The notes: generated by a model not told the origin, from the letters alone. A stretch of DNA of 64,000 nt from an uncultured Candidatus Saccharibacteria bacterium (GCA_964496425.1 CAZBZO010000004.1:23118-87117); one strand, 5' to 3'. Shown: positions 34,427 through 44,144, numbered from the stretch's first letter. Program-made: numbers and translations.

Positions 34427-34517
34427 AGACTCATCATAGGTGATTTCAAAGCCAAAACAAAATGACCTTCCAGATGAGCGGAAGGCCATTAAATTTATTC
34501 GAACGAGAGATACTTTG

Positions 34518-34916
34518 TCATCCTGAGCGCTTGAGATGATAATGAGGCGCAAAAAGACACACAAATAAAATAAACAAGCTTGCGAACATCGATGAGAATA
34601 TTATCATCGGTAAGATAGTAAGCCATGTGGGACTTATTCCCAGCCAATGAAAAATATTAATTACAGCAACAGTTACAACTGCATAATTACAGATATAAAA
34701 TAGTTGCGCGATCTTAATATTTTTAATCAACAAAAATACCTGCAACAGCGCAACGAAAACACCAATACCGGCGCACAACATAAATCCTATGAGGTCCTGG
34801 TTATTCCAAGATTTGTATACATAGTATGCAAATGGGAAAAATCCAAGTAATGTAAAAAAACTGAGTGCTTTTGCCAATAATATTGGTAGCACAGATCCGA
34901 TGATTTTTAGGCGCAT
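34518..34916 (-). CDS. multi-pass membrane protein
   Basis: Four hydrophobic segments; AT-rich. Confidence 0.65.
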   Translation of the reverse strand: MRLKIIGSVLPILLAKALSFFTLLGFFPFAYYVYKSWNNQDLIGFMLCAGIGVFVALLQVFLLIKNIKIAQLFYICNYAVVTVAVINIFHWLGISPTWLTILPMIIFSSMFASLFILFVCLFAPHYHLKRSG

Positions 34917-35004
34917 GTGAAACAAATTTTGAGGTGAGGAGAAATTCAAATACACAAAATCTTTATGATTTCGAGGTCATTTGAACATATTTAGTGAGTC
35001 AAAG

Positions 35005-36306
35005 TCAACCAAGCAACGCATCCCCCACCTTATACGCTTCCCCGGCGCCCATAGTGACCAGCACATCGCCAGAGCCAAGATTTGTATCACGGAGAATTTT
35101 TTCTGCCTCCGAAAAGCTGCACGCTTGGGCTTTTATACCCTTTTTTTGAACCGCATCAGCGAACTTTTCCGACGAAACTTCCGGATCAGGGCTCTCGCGA
35201 GCGAAATATATAGGCAGTACTATCACTTCATCGGCATCAGCAAAAGACGCGACAAAATCATCAAACAAGGCTTTGGTCCGCGAATACAGATGCGGCTGGA
35301 AAACTACCGTGAGGCGTTTCTCATTTTTGGGATAGAGCTCACGCAAAGCTTGTAGGCTGGCTTTGATCTCTGTCGGATGATGCGCATAGTCGTCGTAGAC
35401 GATTGCACCCGCGCTCGTCGTCCCCTTTTTCTCAATTCTTCGCGCAGTGCCAAAAAATGCCGAAAGTGAAGTCTCGTATTCTTTTTCACCGATACCGAGG
35501 TAGTCGAAGGCTGCGGAGGCAATCGTAGCATTCATTTGATTGTGGATACCTGGAAGCGCAAGTGCTCGACGCTTTTCGAATGAGTCCGCGTCAATCACTC
35601 GTGCAGCAATACCTTTCACGACTTCAGGAATATTTGGGAAAGACATGTTTACGATCACGACACCGTCGGCCGGTACTTTTTCTGCCAGAGTACGAAAGGC
35701 GCTTTTGATATCGTCGAGATCTTTATAATAGTCGAGGTGATCGGCGTCGACATTGGTAATGAGGAGCACTTTTGGAGAGAGATTGAGAAAACTACGGCGA
35801 TATTCGTCGGCTTCAACGACAAGATATTTACTGTTGCCCTTCACAAAGTTGGTATCGATGTCCGAGATAAGCGAGCCGACAATCACCGTCGGGTCGTAGC
35901 CCACATCCATAAGCACATGCGCCACCATGCAGGTCGTGGTAGATTTGCCGTGACAGCCGGCAATAGCGATCGTGTATTTATCTCTAGAAATACTTTCAAG
36001 CATTTCAGGATATGAAAATACTTGGGGAAATCGCGCTCGCACAGAAGCTAGGAAATCCTTGGCATAGACTTCAAGTGCCCTCGTGTAGATCACCAAGTCT
36101 GTATCGGGAGGTATCGTTTCCAAACGTTGACCAATATAGACACGTGCACCTTCGCGTTCAAGCGTATCGACAAGCGCCGAGCGTTCATGGTCTTGGCCAC
36201 TTACCTCTTTCCCTTCGCCCAAGAGCATACGAGCTATCGCCGAGACACCGATGCCGCCGATGCCTAAGAAGTGAACTTTTTTTATTTTTGTGAGGTCTAT
36301 ATTCAT
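35005..36306 (-). CDS. murC: UDP-N-acetylmuramate--L-alanine ligase
   Basis: HFLGIGGIGVS, GCHGKSTTT, EADEY, DHLDYY, DDYAHHPTE, FQPHLYSRT, MGAG. Confidence 0.95.
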   Translation of the reverse strand: MNIDLTKIKKVHFLGIGGIGVSAIARMLLGEGKEVSGQDHERSALVDTLEREGARVYIGQRLETIPPDTDLVIYTRALEVYAKDFLASVRARFPQVFSYPEMLESISRDKYTIAIAGCHGKSTTTCMVAHVLMDVGYDPTVIVGSLISDIDTNFVKGNSKYLVVEADEYRRSFLNLSPKVLLITNVDADHLDYYKDLDDIKSAFRTLAEKVPADGVVIVNMSFPNIPEVVKGIAARVIDADSFEKRRALALPGIHNQMNATIASAAFDYLGIGEKEYETSLSAFFGTARRIEKKGTTSAGAIVYDDYAHHPTEIKASLQALRELYPKNEKRLTVVFQPHLYSRTKALFDDFVASFADADEVIVLPIYFARESPDPEVSSEKFADAVQKKGIKAQACSFSEAEKILRDTNLGSGDVLVTMGAGEAYKVGDALLG

Positions 36307-36328
36307 TTTAAGTAGAATTTCCCCATAA

Positions 36329-37660
36329 TTATTTCAACCCCTTCACTATTTCTACAAACTGATCATTGCGGTCGTACACATTTATAAATTGGCCAAAGGA
36401 AGCAAAAGCTGGGCTAAAAAGTATAACGTCTCCCGGCTTAGCTTTTGCCTGAGCGTTTACAATAGCTTCTTTGAGGGTTAGAGCATCTTCAGCTTTCAAT
36501 TTTGATTTCCGGGTCAAAATCTTAAACTTTGTGGTACCTGATCCTGGAAGCAAGATCACTGCTTTACAGAAAATTGAGATCTCTTGCGCTAGTTCCCAGG
36601 CATCAAGCCCTTTATCGGCACCACCCATAATGAGAACAATATTTTTCTTCTCAGGATCACCGACCGCACGGAGCGCTTTGATCGTCGAGTGAGGCGTGGA
36701 AGAGCTATTGTCGTTATAAATTTTTACATCGCCTATTTTCTTTACATATTCGAGCCGACCAGACACGGCCTTAAACGACTCCACTGCTTTTTTGATAGCA
36801 GCCATTGGTATGTGAAGCGTACGTGCAGTTGCTATCGCTTGGGCAACATTGGCATGATTGTGCTCGCCGAGGATTGGAATTTGCCAAAACATTGGCACAT
36901 AGGAACCATGCGCCAAGACTAGAGTCCCAGGATAATTTTCTGGAATACGCTTTGCAATGTCTTCCGAGACTACGAGAATATCGCCCCTTTTCTGATATTT
37001 AAAAATGTTGGCTTTATCGGCAAAATAACTTTTGAGATCATTATCATAATAATTCATATGCTCTGGCGTGAAGTTCGTGAAGAGCGCGATATGAGGAGAA
37101 ATCTTTGCATCACCAAATCCTTGAAGCTGCCAACTCGAAAGCTCAAGGACGACAATGTCGCCGGATTTTATTTTCGGCAACAGATTGAGGGTGGCCACAC
37201 CACGAATGTTGCCAGCAATATGCGCCCGCTTCCCTGCGACTTTCAGTATTTCATATATGAGCGTCGAGGTTGTTGTTTTACCTCTTGTTCCCGTCACCCC
37301 AATGACTGTAATATTTTTCGGGGCGAGTGCAACAAAGAGTTCGTCATCCATACGGATCGGTATGCCTCGCGCGCGAGCATGAGCAATATACATTGAATCA
37401 AGCCGCACGCCTTGAGCTTTGAGTACAAAATCACAATCTTCAAAATCTTTGAAGTCATGGCGGCCAAGCACCAGTCTGACATTTTTGTATTTTTTAAGCG
37501 GAGCCACCGAAGCCGCAAGTTCTTTCTCGGTTTTAAGATCCGTCACCGTCACCTGCGCTCCTGCTTTCGCTAAAAAGACCGTATCTCCTAAGCCCTTTCC
37601 AAGAAGCCCAAGACCCATGACGGTCACTTTTTTACCTTTTAGGAAGGCTTTGTAGGTCAT
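36329..37660 (-). CDS. murD: UDP-N-acetylmuramoyl-L-alanine--D-glutamate ligase
   Basis: VTVMGLG, GVTGTRGKTTT, LELSSWQL, GGADKG, LFSPAFASFGQF. Confidence 0.93.
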   Translation of the reverse strand: MTYKAFLKGKKVTVMGLGLLGKGLGDTVFLAKAGAQVTVTDLKTEKELAASVAPLKKYKNVRLVLGRHDFKDFEDCDFVLKAQGVRLDSMYIAHARARGIPIRMDDELFVALAPKNITVIGVTGTRGKTTTSTLIYEILKVAGKRAHIAGNIRGVATLNLLPKIKSGDIVVLELSSWQLQGFGDAKISPHIALFTNFTPEHMNYYDNDLKSYFADKANIFKYQKRGDILVVSEDIAKRIPENYPGTLVLAHGSYVPMFWQIPILGEHNHANVAQAIATARTLHIPMAAIKKAVESFKAVSGRLEYVKKIGDVKIYNDNSSSTPHSTIKALRAVGDPEKKNIVLIMGGADKGLDAWELAQEISIFCKAVILLPGSGTTKFKILTRKSKLKAEDALTLKEAIVNAQAKAKPGDVILFSPAFASFGQFINVYDRNDQFVEIVKGLK

Positions 37661-37679
37661 AGTGCCATAGTACCACGAC

Positions 37680-38369
37680 CTACCTACGAGGGAAAACTAA
37701 CAGTTTTTGCGGAGAATGAGTCAATACAGTGGCACCAGTCTTTGTTACTATATATGTATCTTCTATACGGATACCAAGACGATTTTTGATATAGAGCCCT
37801 GGCTCGATCGTAAAAATCATATTTTGTTTAAATGTCGGCAAAAGGCGTTTCCAGTATATCCGCGGTGCCTCGTGAATACGCGTGCCCACACCATGACCGA
37901 GCGTATGGATAAAATATTTTCCATACACACCAAGCGCATCGCGTACCACAAAGTCAGCCAGCGCACATTTGGCTCCAGCACGCACAACTCTCTCCGCAGT
38001 TTGTTTTGCGGCTAAAACAAGAGCATATATCTCCTTCTCTTTTTTGCTCGGCTGGCCGACGTATACGGTCCGGGTCATGTCAGACATATATTTTTGATAC
38101 ACCACGCCAAAATCAATAATCACAAAACCCTTGAGCTTTGCATCGGTCGATGGTGGATGGATGTCGTTGCCGGCACGCGGGCCAGACGTCACGATTGGTG
38201 GGAAGCTTGGCTTTACTCCGCGCTTTTTCATTTCAGCCAGTATAAAATCCCGGAGCTCGATTTCGGTCCCAAAATAAAAATTACCGACAATCTTTTTAAA
38301 AATAGTGTCAGTGATCTCGCATGCTTTTTCGATTTTTGTGATTTCAGAAGCAGTTTTAACTATTGGCAT
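37680..38369 (-). CDS. M24-family Xaa-Pro peptidase (catalytic domain only)
   Basis: IDFG, SDMTRT, HTLGHGVG, IHEAP, TIEPGLY, GIRIED. Confidence 0.9.
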   Translation of the reverse strand: MPIVKTASEITKIEKACEITDTIFKKIVGNFYFGTEIELRDFILAEMKKRGVKPSFPPIVTSGPRAGNDIHPPSTDAKLKGFVIIDFGVVYQKYMSDMTRTVYVGQPSKKEKEIYALVLAAKQTAERVVRAGAKCALADFVVRDALGVYGKYFIHTLGHGVGTRIHEAPRIYWKRLLPTFKQNMIFTIEPGLYIKNRLGIRIEDTYIVTKTGATVLTHSPQKLLVFPRR

Positions 38370-39180
38370 TTTTTTCGAGATACGAAAATAGAATCGGTAA
38401 CCCCGGATAACTTACGTACTTTGGATCATTGTCTTTAATTTTTTGCTTATACTCTTTGAACGGTATCCAGCGAATATCTGATACTTCACTTTTCTGTAGC
38501 TTGACTGTACTACTATCAAAATCTTTTTGTACGCTATAAATATCTACATACTCATTATTTTTAACACCATTTGGAAAAGTATTCTTTCCAAAAATCGATC
38601 CGAGATAGGTAAAACTATCTTCGCTAAAAACAAGCCCGAGTTCTTCTCTGGTTTCTTCAACTGCAGTTTCTATAGAAGATACGCCGCTCGGGATATGCCC
38701 CCCAGAAGATAAAAACCACATTGACGGATATACCCACATATTAGGTGAGCGAAGCTGGAGCAGAATCTCATTTTGAGAATTATAGATATAGACATGTACC
38801 ACGCGGTGCCATAAACCTTGAGCGTGAACTTCCTTGTTAGAAACCACACGCCCTGTCTTTCCCCCGTTTTCATCAAGAACATCAAGCATTTCTTCACTGT
38901 TCGTAACTGATAACTCTTCCTTTGTAACTATTTCTCCCCATCGCCACTTTGGCTTTTCGCCTTTCAGATAACATACAAGAAAGAGGGCAACTGTACTAAT
39001 TACAAATGGTATTACAAATCCGATCAGCGTATCGCTTGCCGAATGCGAAGATTGATCAATATCTTTAAACTGCCAGACAAGCGCGGCAATATAGATGCCC
39101 ATAACCAGCCAGCCTTCCCACGTAGCCGGATACCATCCCCAACCGTATTTTTTAGCTTTAAACCAATAGTTCTTGCTCAC
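38356..39180 (-). CDS. two-TM membrane domain fused to an IDI-like Nudix hydrolase
   Basis: GTG start; WFKAKKYGWGWYPATWEGW membrane module, then H..GLWHR..H, LLQLRS and degenerate Nudix box GGHIPSG...EETREELG. Confidence 0.8.
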   Translation of the reverse strand: MSKNYWFKAKKYGWGWYPATWEGWLVMGIYIAALVWQFKDIDQSSHSASDTLIGFVIPFVISTVALFLVCYLKGEKPKWRWGEIVTKEELSVTNSEEMLDVLDENGGKTGRVVSNKEVHAQGLWHRVVHVYIYNSQNEILLQLRSPNMWVYPSMWFLSSGGHIPSGVSSIETAVEETREELGLVFSEDSFTYLGSIFGKNTFPNGVKNNEYVDIYSVQKDFDSSTVKLQKSEVSDIRWIPFKEYKQKIKDNDPKYVSYPGLPILFSYLEKNANS

Positions 39181-39193
39181 TCAGCTAGTATAC

Positions 39194-39466
39194 CTAATCC
39201 TTAAATTTCCACCACAATACTTTTTTGTCTTTGTATCCCGGATGCTTTGCCATATAGACCAGAGACCTACAGACATAGAGCATGCAACGATCTACGTGCG
39301 TTCCTGCGAGCTTTTCAAGCTTGGCATACATTTTCTCGGGATCTGCACTCTTCATATCAGCAAGCGACCGGTAACCAAGCGAATAGATATCCTCTGCTGT
39401 CGCGGGACCGACATTGGGAAGTTTCTGTAGTGCCTTGAGAATCTGTTTTTTATTTTCTATCGCCAT
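39194..39466 (-). CDS. helix-hairpin-helix protein (Cdd1 / pathogenicity-locus-like)
   Basis: LQKLPNVGPATAED, DPEKMY, VDRCMLYV, WWKFKD. Confidence 0.8.
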   Translation of the reverse strand: MAIENKKQILKALQKLPNVGPATAEDIYSLGYRSLADMKSADPEKMYAKLEKLAGTHVDRCMLYVCRSLVYMAKHPGYKDKKVLWWKFKD

Positions 39467-39725
39467 ATTTTTCGATCCACCACTTTTTAATCATAGGCAA
39501 AGACTGCGTCGAAAGATAAAATCCGAGGGCGGGCACTAATGCATTTACGAACGGATTTTCATTTTTAATAATTATCAAGAAAACTACTGCCACTACATAG
39601 GTCAGTAGGCAAATCGAAAACACGCGAAAGTGGCTTCGTTCCCAGGCTTTATCAAGCTCCACGCGCTGATTGCGCACTTTCACATGCTCGATTTCCGTTT
39701 CGAGTTTTTGCAATCTCTCTTCCAT
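39450..39725 (-). CDS. small two-TM membrane protein
   Basis: RNQRVELDKAWE followed by two hydrophobic helices. Confidence 0.75.
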   Translation of the reverse strand: MEERLQKLETEIEHVKVRNQRVELDKAWERSHFRVFSICLLTYVVAVVFLIIIKNENPFVNALVPALGFYLSTQSLPMIKKWWIEKYGDRK

Positions 39726-39750
39726 TGATTATTCCAATCTTTTTTATTAA

Positions 39751-39780
39751 CTATTTACTACTAACTACTTTCTATTTACT
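39751..39780. repeat. degenerate 7-bp tandem array downstream of the DUF1761 gene
   Basis: CTATTTA CTACTAA CTACTTT CTATTTA. Confidence 0.65.
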
Positions 39781-39784
39781 GCCT

Positions 39785-40231
39785 CTACATCCACGCTCCT
39801 AAAATCGCACCGAATACAAGGAGGGATACAAGTTGGAATCCTGCAGTGATAAAGAAAAGATGCCACGCGTAAACTCGAGGCCGAGCGCTCCACATGGCGT
39901 TACCGGCATTGATTGGCATTGCAAACCCAAGCCAGGTCCAAAACGCAGCTGAGAGTCCTGCTGTGGCGCCTGCAGTACCCAAATAGCTCATGGCCATAAC
40001 AATAATATGAGATAAGACAAAGAGTTGAATCAAAAGAAGCACAAATTGGGTCAGATAGAGCTTCCACATACCTTTTTGTATTTCTGCCATTTTTTCTGGT
40101 GACATGTTCATGTCCATACCAGTTGCTTTTATAAAAGCAGGTCCAAAAAGCATTTTGGAATGCCAGAGCATTCCGATCACCATACCAACAATGCCACAAA
40201 CAAGAATCGCGAGATAATTTACTTCAATCAT
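39785..40231 (-). CDS. DUF1761-family membrane protein
   Basis: NYLAILV...IGMLW...LFG, WTWLGF, four TM helices. Confidence 0.85.
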   Translation of the reverse strand: MIEVNYLAILVCGIVGMVIGMLWHSKMLFGPAFIKATGMDMNMSPEKMAEIQKGMWKLYLTQFVLLLIQLFVLSHIIVMAMSYLGTAGATAGLSAAFWTWLGFAMPINAGNAMWSARPRVYAWHLFFITAGFQLVSLLVFGAILGAWM

Positions 40232-40267
40232 GAAATAGTAAGTAGTAAATAAGTTAGTAGTAAGTAA
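40232..40267. repeat. degenerate 7-bp tandem array upstream of the DUF1761 gene (inverted relative to 39751..39780)
   Basis: GAAATAG TAAGTAG TAAATAA G TTAGTAG TAAGTAA. Confidence 0.6.
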
Positions 40268-40311
40268 AAACTTACACGAACTACACTACAAAAATTAATT
40301 AATAAATTCGA

Positions 40312-40848
40312 CTATTGATTTTTAATAACGAAATCCGAAAATATTTTCAAATCTTCACTTGATACTGCGTTTCGAGCGCTCGTATGTGCAACCCATGTGC
40401 GGTAACCTTTAAGACATGTAAATGCAGAGACTCCTGGAACGAATGGCCCAAATTGATCCGGTGTACACGCTGACCAAGCTGGCGGGTTGCCCCAATGATC
40501 CCCCCAGCTAATTACCATATCATGATCTGGCGGCATAGTTCCTCGAAAAGTAGGAATTGCATCTGCAGTAAGCGCCTGCGGATCCATAGGAACAGCACTT
40601 GTATCTGAATAATATTCAATAATATTCATCTCTTGCGGATAATAGAAACCAAATGTAGGGGACTTGAGCCATCCGTCAGGAATCGACTCAATAATAGGAT
40701 CAGCTGTGTTGTTTGTTTCAATTTGTCCAGGCAATATCAAATTTTTATCTACATATCCTTCTTCTTTTTTCTCTACAATGAGCCAAATAATGATCGCCAC
40801 TAGAACTAGTATTACTACAATGAGCACCTTATTTGTTTTCGGGGACAT
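40312..40848 (-). CDS. membrane-anchored exported protein
   Basis: N-terminal TM helix after MSPKTN; two Cys in the ectodomain. Confidence 0.75.
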   Translation of the reverse strand: MSPKTNKVLIVVILVLVAIIIWLIVEKKEEGYVDKNLILPGQIETNNTADPIIESIPDGWLKSPTFGFYYPQEMNIIEYYSDTSAVPMDPQALTADAIPTFRGTMPPDHDMVISWGDHWGNPPAWSACTPDQFGPFVPGVSAFTCLKGYRTWVAHTSARNAVSSEDLKIFSDFVIKNQ

Positions 40849-40876
40849 AGTTAAAAAATTATTTTAATAATTTCGA

Positions 40877-41404
40877 CTAATTTAAGTTATAAATATCAAC
40901 TCCTGGCTGTAAGCCATTTTCTGGATAGTAAATCGTTTGTGTACAGGTTTTACTAATCGCACTGCATGCCATTTCTTCAGAAGTAGCAACGTGGTCGGAA
41001 GGATAAAAAGCACCACATGAGCCAACTTTTATTCCTGTTTCATCATACGCCGTGACCCCACCATCCGCCATACCTACGTACGGATTACTCACAAAGAAGG
41101 TATTGCCTTGGTATAAACATTCCTTCACGCTGCCAGTTGGATATTGCGCTACGAGCCCTTTCAAAAAGGTAATCTTTGGATCTGGGGCAGGCGGTTGTGG
41201 TGTTGGAGTAGGAGTTGGTGTCGGAGTTACAACCGGCTGCTGATCCTCCTCGGTTGGATTTGTGGTTGGTTGTATTTGGTCAGATGAAGTATTGTATGGA
41301 TTTATATCTTGAACATTGATTTTCGGCTTAAATGCAATATAGGCTAAAAGTGCGATAGCAATGAGGAGAAGTATAATAACGATCGGATTTGTTTTTGATG
41401 ACAT
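40877..41404 (-). CDS. membrane-anchored exported protein with Pro/Thr linker
   Basis: N-terminal TM helix after MSSKTN, (TP)n linker, four Cys. Confidence 0.75.
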   Translation of the reverse strand: MSSKTNPIVIILLLIAIALLAYIAFKPKINVQDINPYNTSSDQIQPTTNPTEEDQQPVVTPTPTPTPTPQPPAPDPKITFLKGLVAQYPTGSVKECLYQGNTFFVSNPYVGMADGGVTAYDETGIKVGSCGAFYPSDHVATSEEMACSAISKTCTQTIYYPENGLQPGVDIYNLN

Positions 41405-41426
41405 AAATATTTTATTATTTTAAAAT

Positions 41427-41696
41427 TTATTCAAGAGGAAATTTATCTTCAGCCTTGAGATATGTATTGAGTTCCTGCAAGGCTTCGGTATCAAAATGCG
41501 CACCATGCCAATCCTCCCATTCGTCGTCTGAATTAAATTTTTTTGCAACTTCTGTGAGAATTGAACTTGAAATTTTCCCTTGCTCGACTAAGTCATTAAG
41601 CTTATCTAATACATTCAAATTTCCATCAACAAATTCTTTGACTTCTTTCGGAGTCGAGTTTTCTATTTCTTCAAACCGATCAAAATTTCCAATCAT
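41427..41696 (-). CDS. acidic hypothetical protein
   Basis: 89-aa ORF in the co-oriented run. Confidence 0.65.
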   Translation of the reverse strand: MIGNFDRFEEIENSTPKEVKEFVDGNLNVLDKLNDLVEQGKISSSILTEVAKKFNSDDEWEDWHGAHFDTEALQELNTYLKAEDKFPLE

Positions 41697-41735
41697 AATT
41701 TTCTACTATTAGTTAATAAAATTCACGTACCATAA

Positions 41736-42068
41736 TTATACCTCGTGATGGGTATTTTGGCTGTGGAGAGTGGGGGCGTGGATTTGTTTGGAATGTTTAC
41801 TGAAAACTACGTAAAAATCTTTATATTGGAGCCCTTGGAGTATGACGCCGAAAATAAGGGCAAACAAAAAGCCAGAATACATACCTGAGCCCACCAGTAT
41901 GAAAAAGAGGAGGAGGGCGCATATCCACGCTCGGATATAGATGGTTACGCCATATCCTTCATTGTTGATAGTCGTGAGCACGCCTCGTTTGGCAGTACCT
42001 TTACCCAAGAGATGTTCAGCGACGAGAAACCCACAGGCGACAAAAAGTAGGAAAAGTATGATGCTCAT
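41736..42068 (-). CDS. small membrane protein
   Basis: Three hydrophobic segments; TATCCT 6 nt before the ATG. Confidence 0.65.
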   Translation of the reverse strand: MSIILFLLFVACGFLVAEHLLGKGTAKRGVLTTINNEGYGVTIYIRAWICALLLFFILVGSGMYSGFLFALIFGVILQGLQYKDFYVVFSKHSKQIHAPTLHSQNTHHEV

Positions 42069-42093
42069 AGACTTAGGATAGCGCGTTGAGACT

Positions 42094-42131
42094 AAAAAGC
42101 AAAGAGCCCGCTTGCGGGCTCTTTGCTTTTT
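42094..42131. terminator. intrinsic terminator after the DoxX gene
   Basis: AAAAAGCAAAGAGCCCGC-TT-GCGGGCTCTTTGCTTTTT. Confidence 0.85.
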
Positions 42132-42143
42132 GAGTCATTGAGA

Positions 42144-42701
42144 TTATTTCATTCCTTCAGTCTTTTCGTGTCCGGTGCACATACCACCTTTACAGGTATC
42201 GCATCCATCACAAGCACTTTTGCAGTCTGATCCGCACATCATATGACATACGCATCCCTTACCTTTACATGTGCCTTTCTTGCAGCATCCACATACGCAT
42301 GGACCGAGTGCCCATCTGCCAGGACCTGAAAGCGCAATTGTGAGCGCAGACGCGAGAAGCATAAGCTCATATTCAAAGCCTTGCATGCCAGCATTGCCCA
42401 TAAGGCCGCCAGCCCATTTCAATTTGAATATCACCACCGCCATAATAATAACGAGAAGGAATCCAGCAAGACGCGTGAAGATACCAAGCACCATACCGAT
42501 ACCGCTTAAAAATTCAGTCCAGGCGACAATGCCAGCCCAAAATGTAGCAAATCCGAGAGAGCCGAAAAACGCTTCAGTACCATCCATATTGTGGATTTTC
42601 ATCCAACCGTGAGCAATAAAAATAACACCGAGCACGACGCGCAAGATAAGAAGTCCGCATTTTTTCCCTCCCCAGCTCTTCATCATTTTGTGTTCCATCA
42701 T
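42144..42701 (-). CDS. DoxX-family membrane protein with Cys-rich C-terminal tail
   Basis: LLILRVVLGVIFIAHGWMK, GIFTRLA, GFEYELML, GPGRWAL, then a 13-Cys tail. Confidence 0.88.
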   Translation of the reverse strand: MMEHKMMKSWGGKKCGLLILRVVLGVIFIAHGWMKIHNMDGTEAFFGSLGFATFWAGIVAWTEFLSGIGMVLGIFTRLAGFLLVIIMAVVIFKLKWAGGLMGNAGMQGFEYELMLLASALTIALSGPGRWALGPCVCGCCKKGTCKGKGCVCHMMCGSDCKSACDGCDTCKGGMCTGHEKTEGMK

Positions 42702-42832
42702 ATTTTATAATTGCCTACCATTTCGGTAAGCGGTTATGGTTTTAATCTCTTTAGTATACTTCAAAGATACTTTTGCTGCTACTCTTTTTTGCTTCAAAGA
42801 AACACCTCGCAATTCCTATAAAAATGCTCGAC

Positions 42833-43648
42833 TTAGATAGGCAGAAAACAACCATCTTCTTTTCTAAAAGAATCTCCGTTCACTAAATTTAGTACTACAG
42901 TTATATCCTTGCATTCATCATCACCCGGTCTACCTTCTTTGTAAGTGCCGAACAAGACAGGCGTGCCTGGATCAAAACCGTAAAAGGGTTCCCCAAAATA
43001 TAAAAAGTCAGTTTGAATACCGTAACTTTTAATTAGTTCGCCTCCTATCTTAGATTTAAGATTTTCCAACGCACTAGCAAAATCAGAGAAATAAAGATGC
43101 TCTATGGGAATAATGTTTAATGGTGGGTCACTTTTTACTATTTTATCTCTCATCATTAGCAAAAAAGAATCGTAGGAAATTGGTTGATTTTTAATATTAT
43201 TGAAGTTTGGGTCCGTATCTTTTTGGTAATAATGGAAATAATAATTTGAGATTAATTCATCTCTTCTTTTTATCGTCATCCAGTCAATATTCAAAAAATA
43301 ATTTATTTCTACAAAATCAGTACTATTAGGCTGATCCACGAAAACTTTTTCTATTTTAATATGATCTTTAATATAGTTTTCTGTTACGCCGTAATTTTCC
43401 TGTAAATACCTCTTCCAATACGATATGTAGGTTTCACAATGGATGTCGGGGCAGGTAAAATCAAGCAAATTAAGGTACGTTTCATTGTTCTCTGCCACGA
43501 AAGCAGTGATTTTATCTTCTAAAGAACCGGATTTGACTTGTATAGGGAATGGAGATAGTCCAACCTTCTCCAATAGAAATACTTGAAAACCTATTATCAC
43601 AATAGCAATAATTGTAATTACTAAAAATATTTTTGTTGATTTTTTCAT
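42833..43648 (-). CDS. AT-rich membrane-anchored orphan protein
   Basis: N-terminal TM helix; ATG overlaps the msrB stop (ATGA). Confidence 0.7.
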   Translation of the reverse strand: MKKSTKIFLVITIIAIVIIGFQVFLLEKVGLSPFPIQVKSGSLEDKITAFVAENNETYLNLLDFTCPDIHCETYISYWKRYLQENYGVTENYIKDHIKIEKVFVDQPNSTDFVEINYFLNIDWMTIKRRDELISNYYFHYYQKDTDPNFNNIKNQPISYDSFLLMMRDKIVKSDPPLNIIPIEHLYFSDFASALENLKSKIGGELIKSYGIQTDFLYFGEPFYGFDPGTPVLFGTYKEGRPGDDECKDITVVLNLVNGDSFRKEDGCFLPI

Positions 43649-44079
43649 TCTTTTTTCTTAAAACACAAGCTTGCCGAATTGGTACAAAACCGCTTGCCAG
43701 TTGTTTCTTTGGGCCCATCGTCGAAGATATGCCCGAGATGGGCGCCGCAATTGCCGCACACAACTTCGCTTCGTACCATGCCATGGGAAGTATCAGTGAT
43801 AGTCTTCACGGCTTCCGGTGACAGCGCTTGATCAAACGACGGCCAGCCAGTGCCCGAATCAAACTTCGCATCACTTTTGAAAAGCGGCGCATCACATACT
43901 TTGCAGGTATACATCCCTGAATCATGATTGTTGAGTAGTTCTCCCGAAAACGGCGCTTCGGTCCCCTTTTCTTGCGTAATTCGATACTCTTCTTCCGTCA
44001 ATTTCTTTTTTGTCCCGTTAGAAGTAGACACTTTGTTCGTGTCGTCGGTTCTAATGGGATTGAGTTCATCTTTATCCAT
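43645..44079 (-). CDS. msrB: peptide methionine-R-sulfoxide reductase
   Basis: [51 protein letters not shown]. Confidence 0.96.
   Translation of the reverse strand: MDKDELNPIRTDDTNKVSTSNGTKKKLTEEEYRITQEKGTEAPFSGELLNNHDSGMYTCKVCDAPLFKSDAKFDSGTGWPSFDQALSPEAVKTITDTSHGMVRSEVVCGNCGAHLGHIFDDGPKETTGKRFCTNSASLCFKKKE
44011..44061. repeat. 51-bp palindromic element in frame within msrB
   Basis: TCCCGTTAGAA...GACAC-TTTGTTC-GTGTC...TTCTAATGGGA; encodes [17 protein letters not shown]. Confidence 0.75.
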
Positions 44080-44144
44080 ATGTGTATATTTTATCACACT
44101 ATTTTCGGATAACGTACCTTACCCATGGTATACTATTTTTATAA

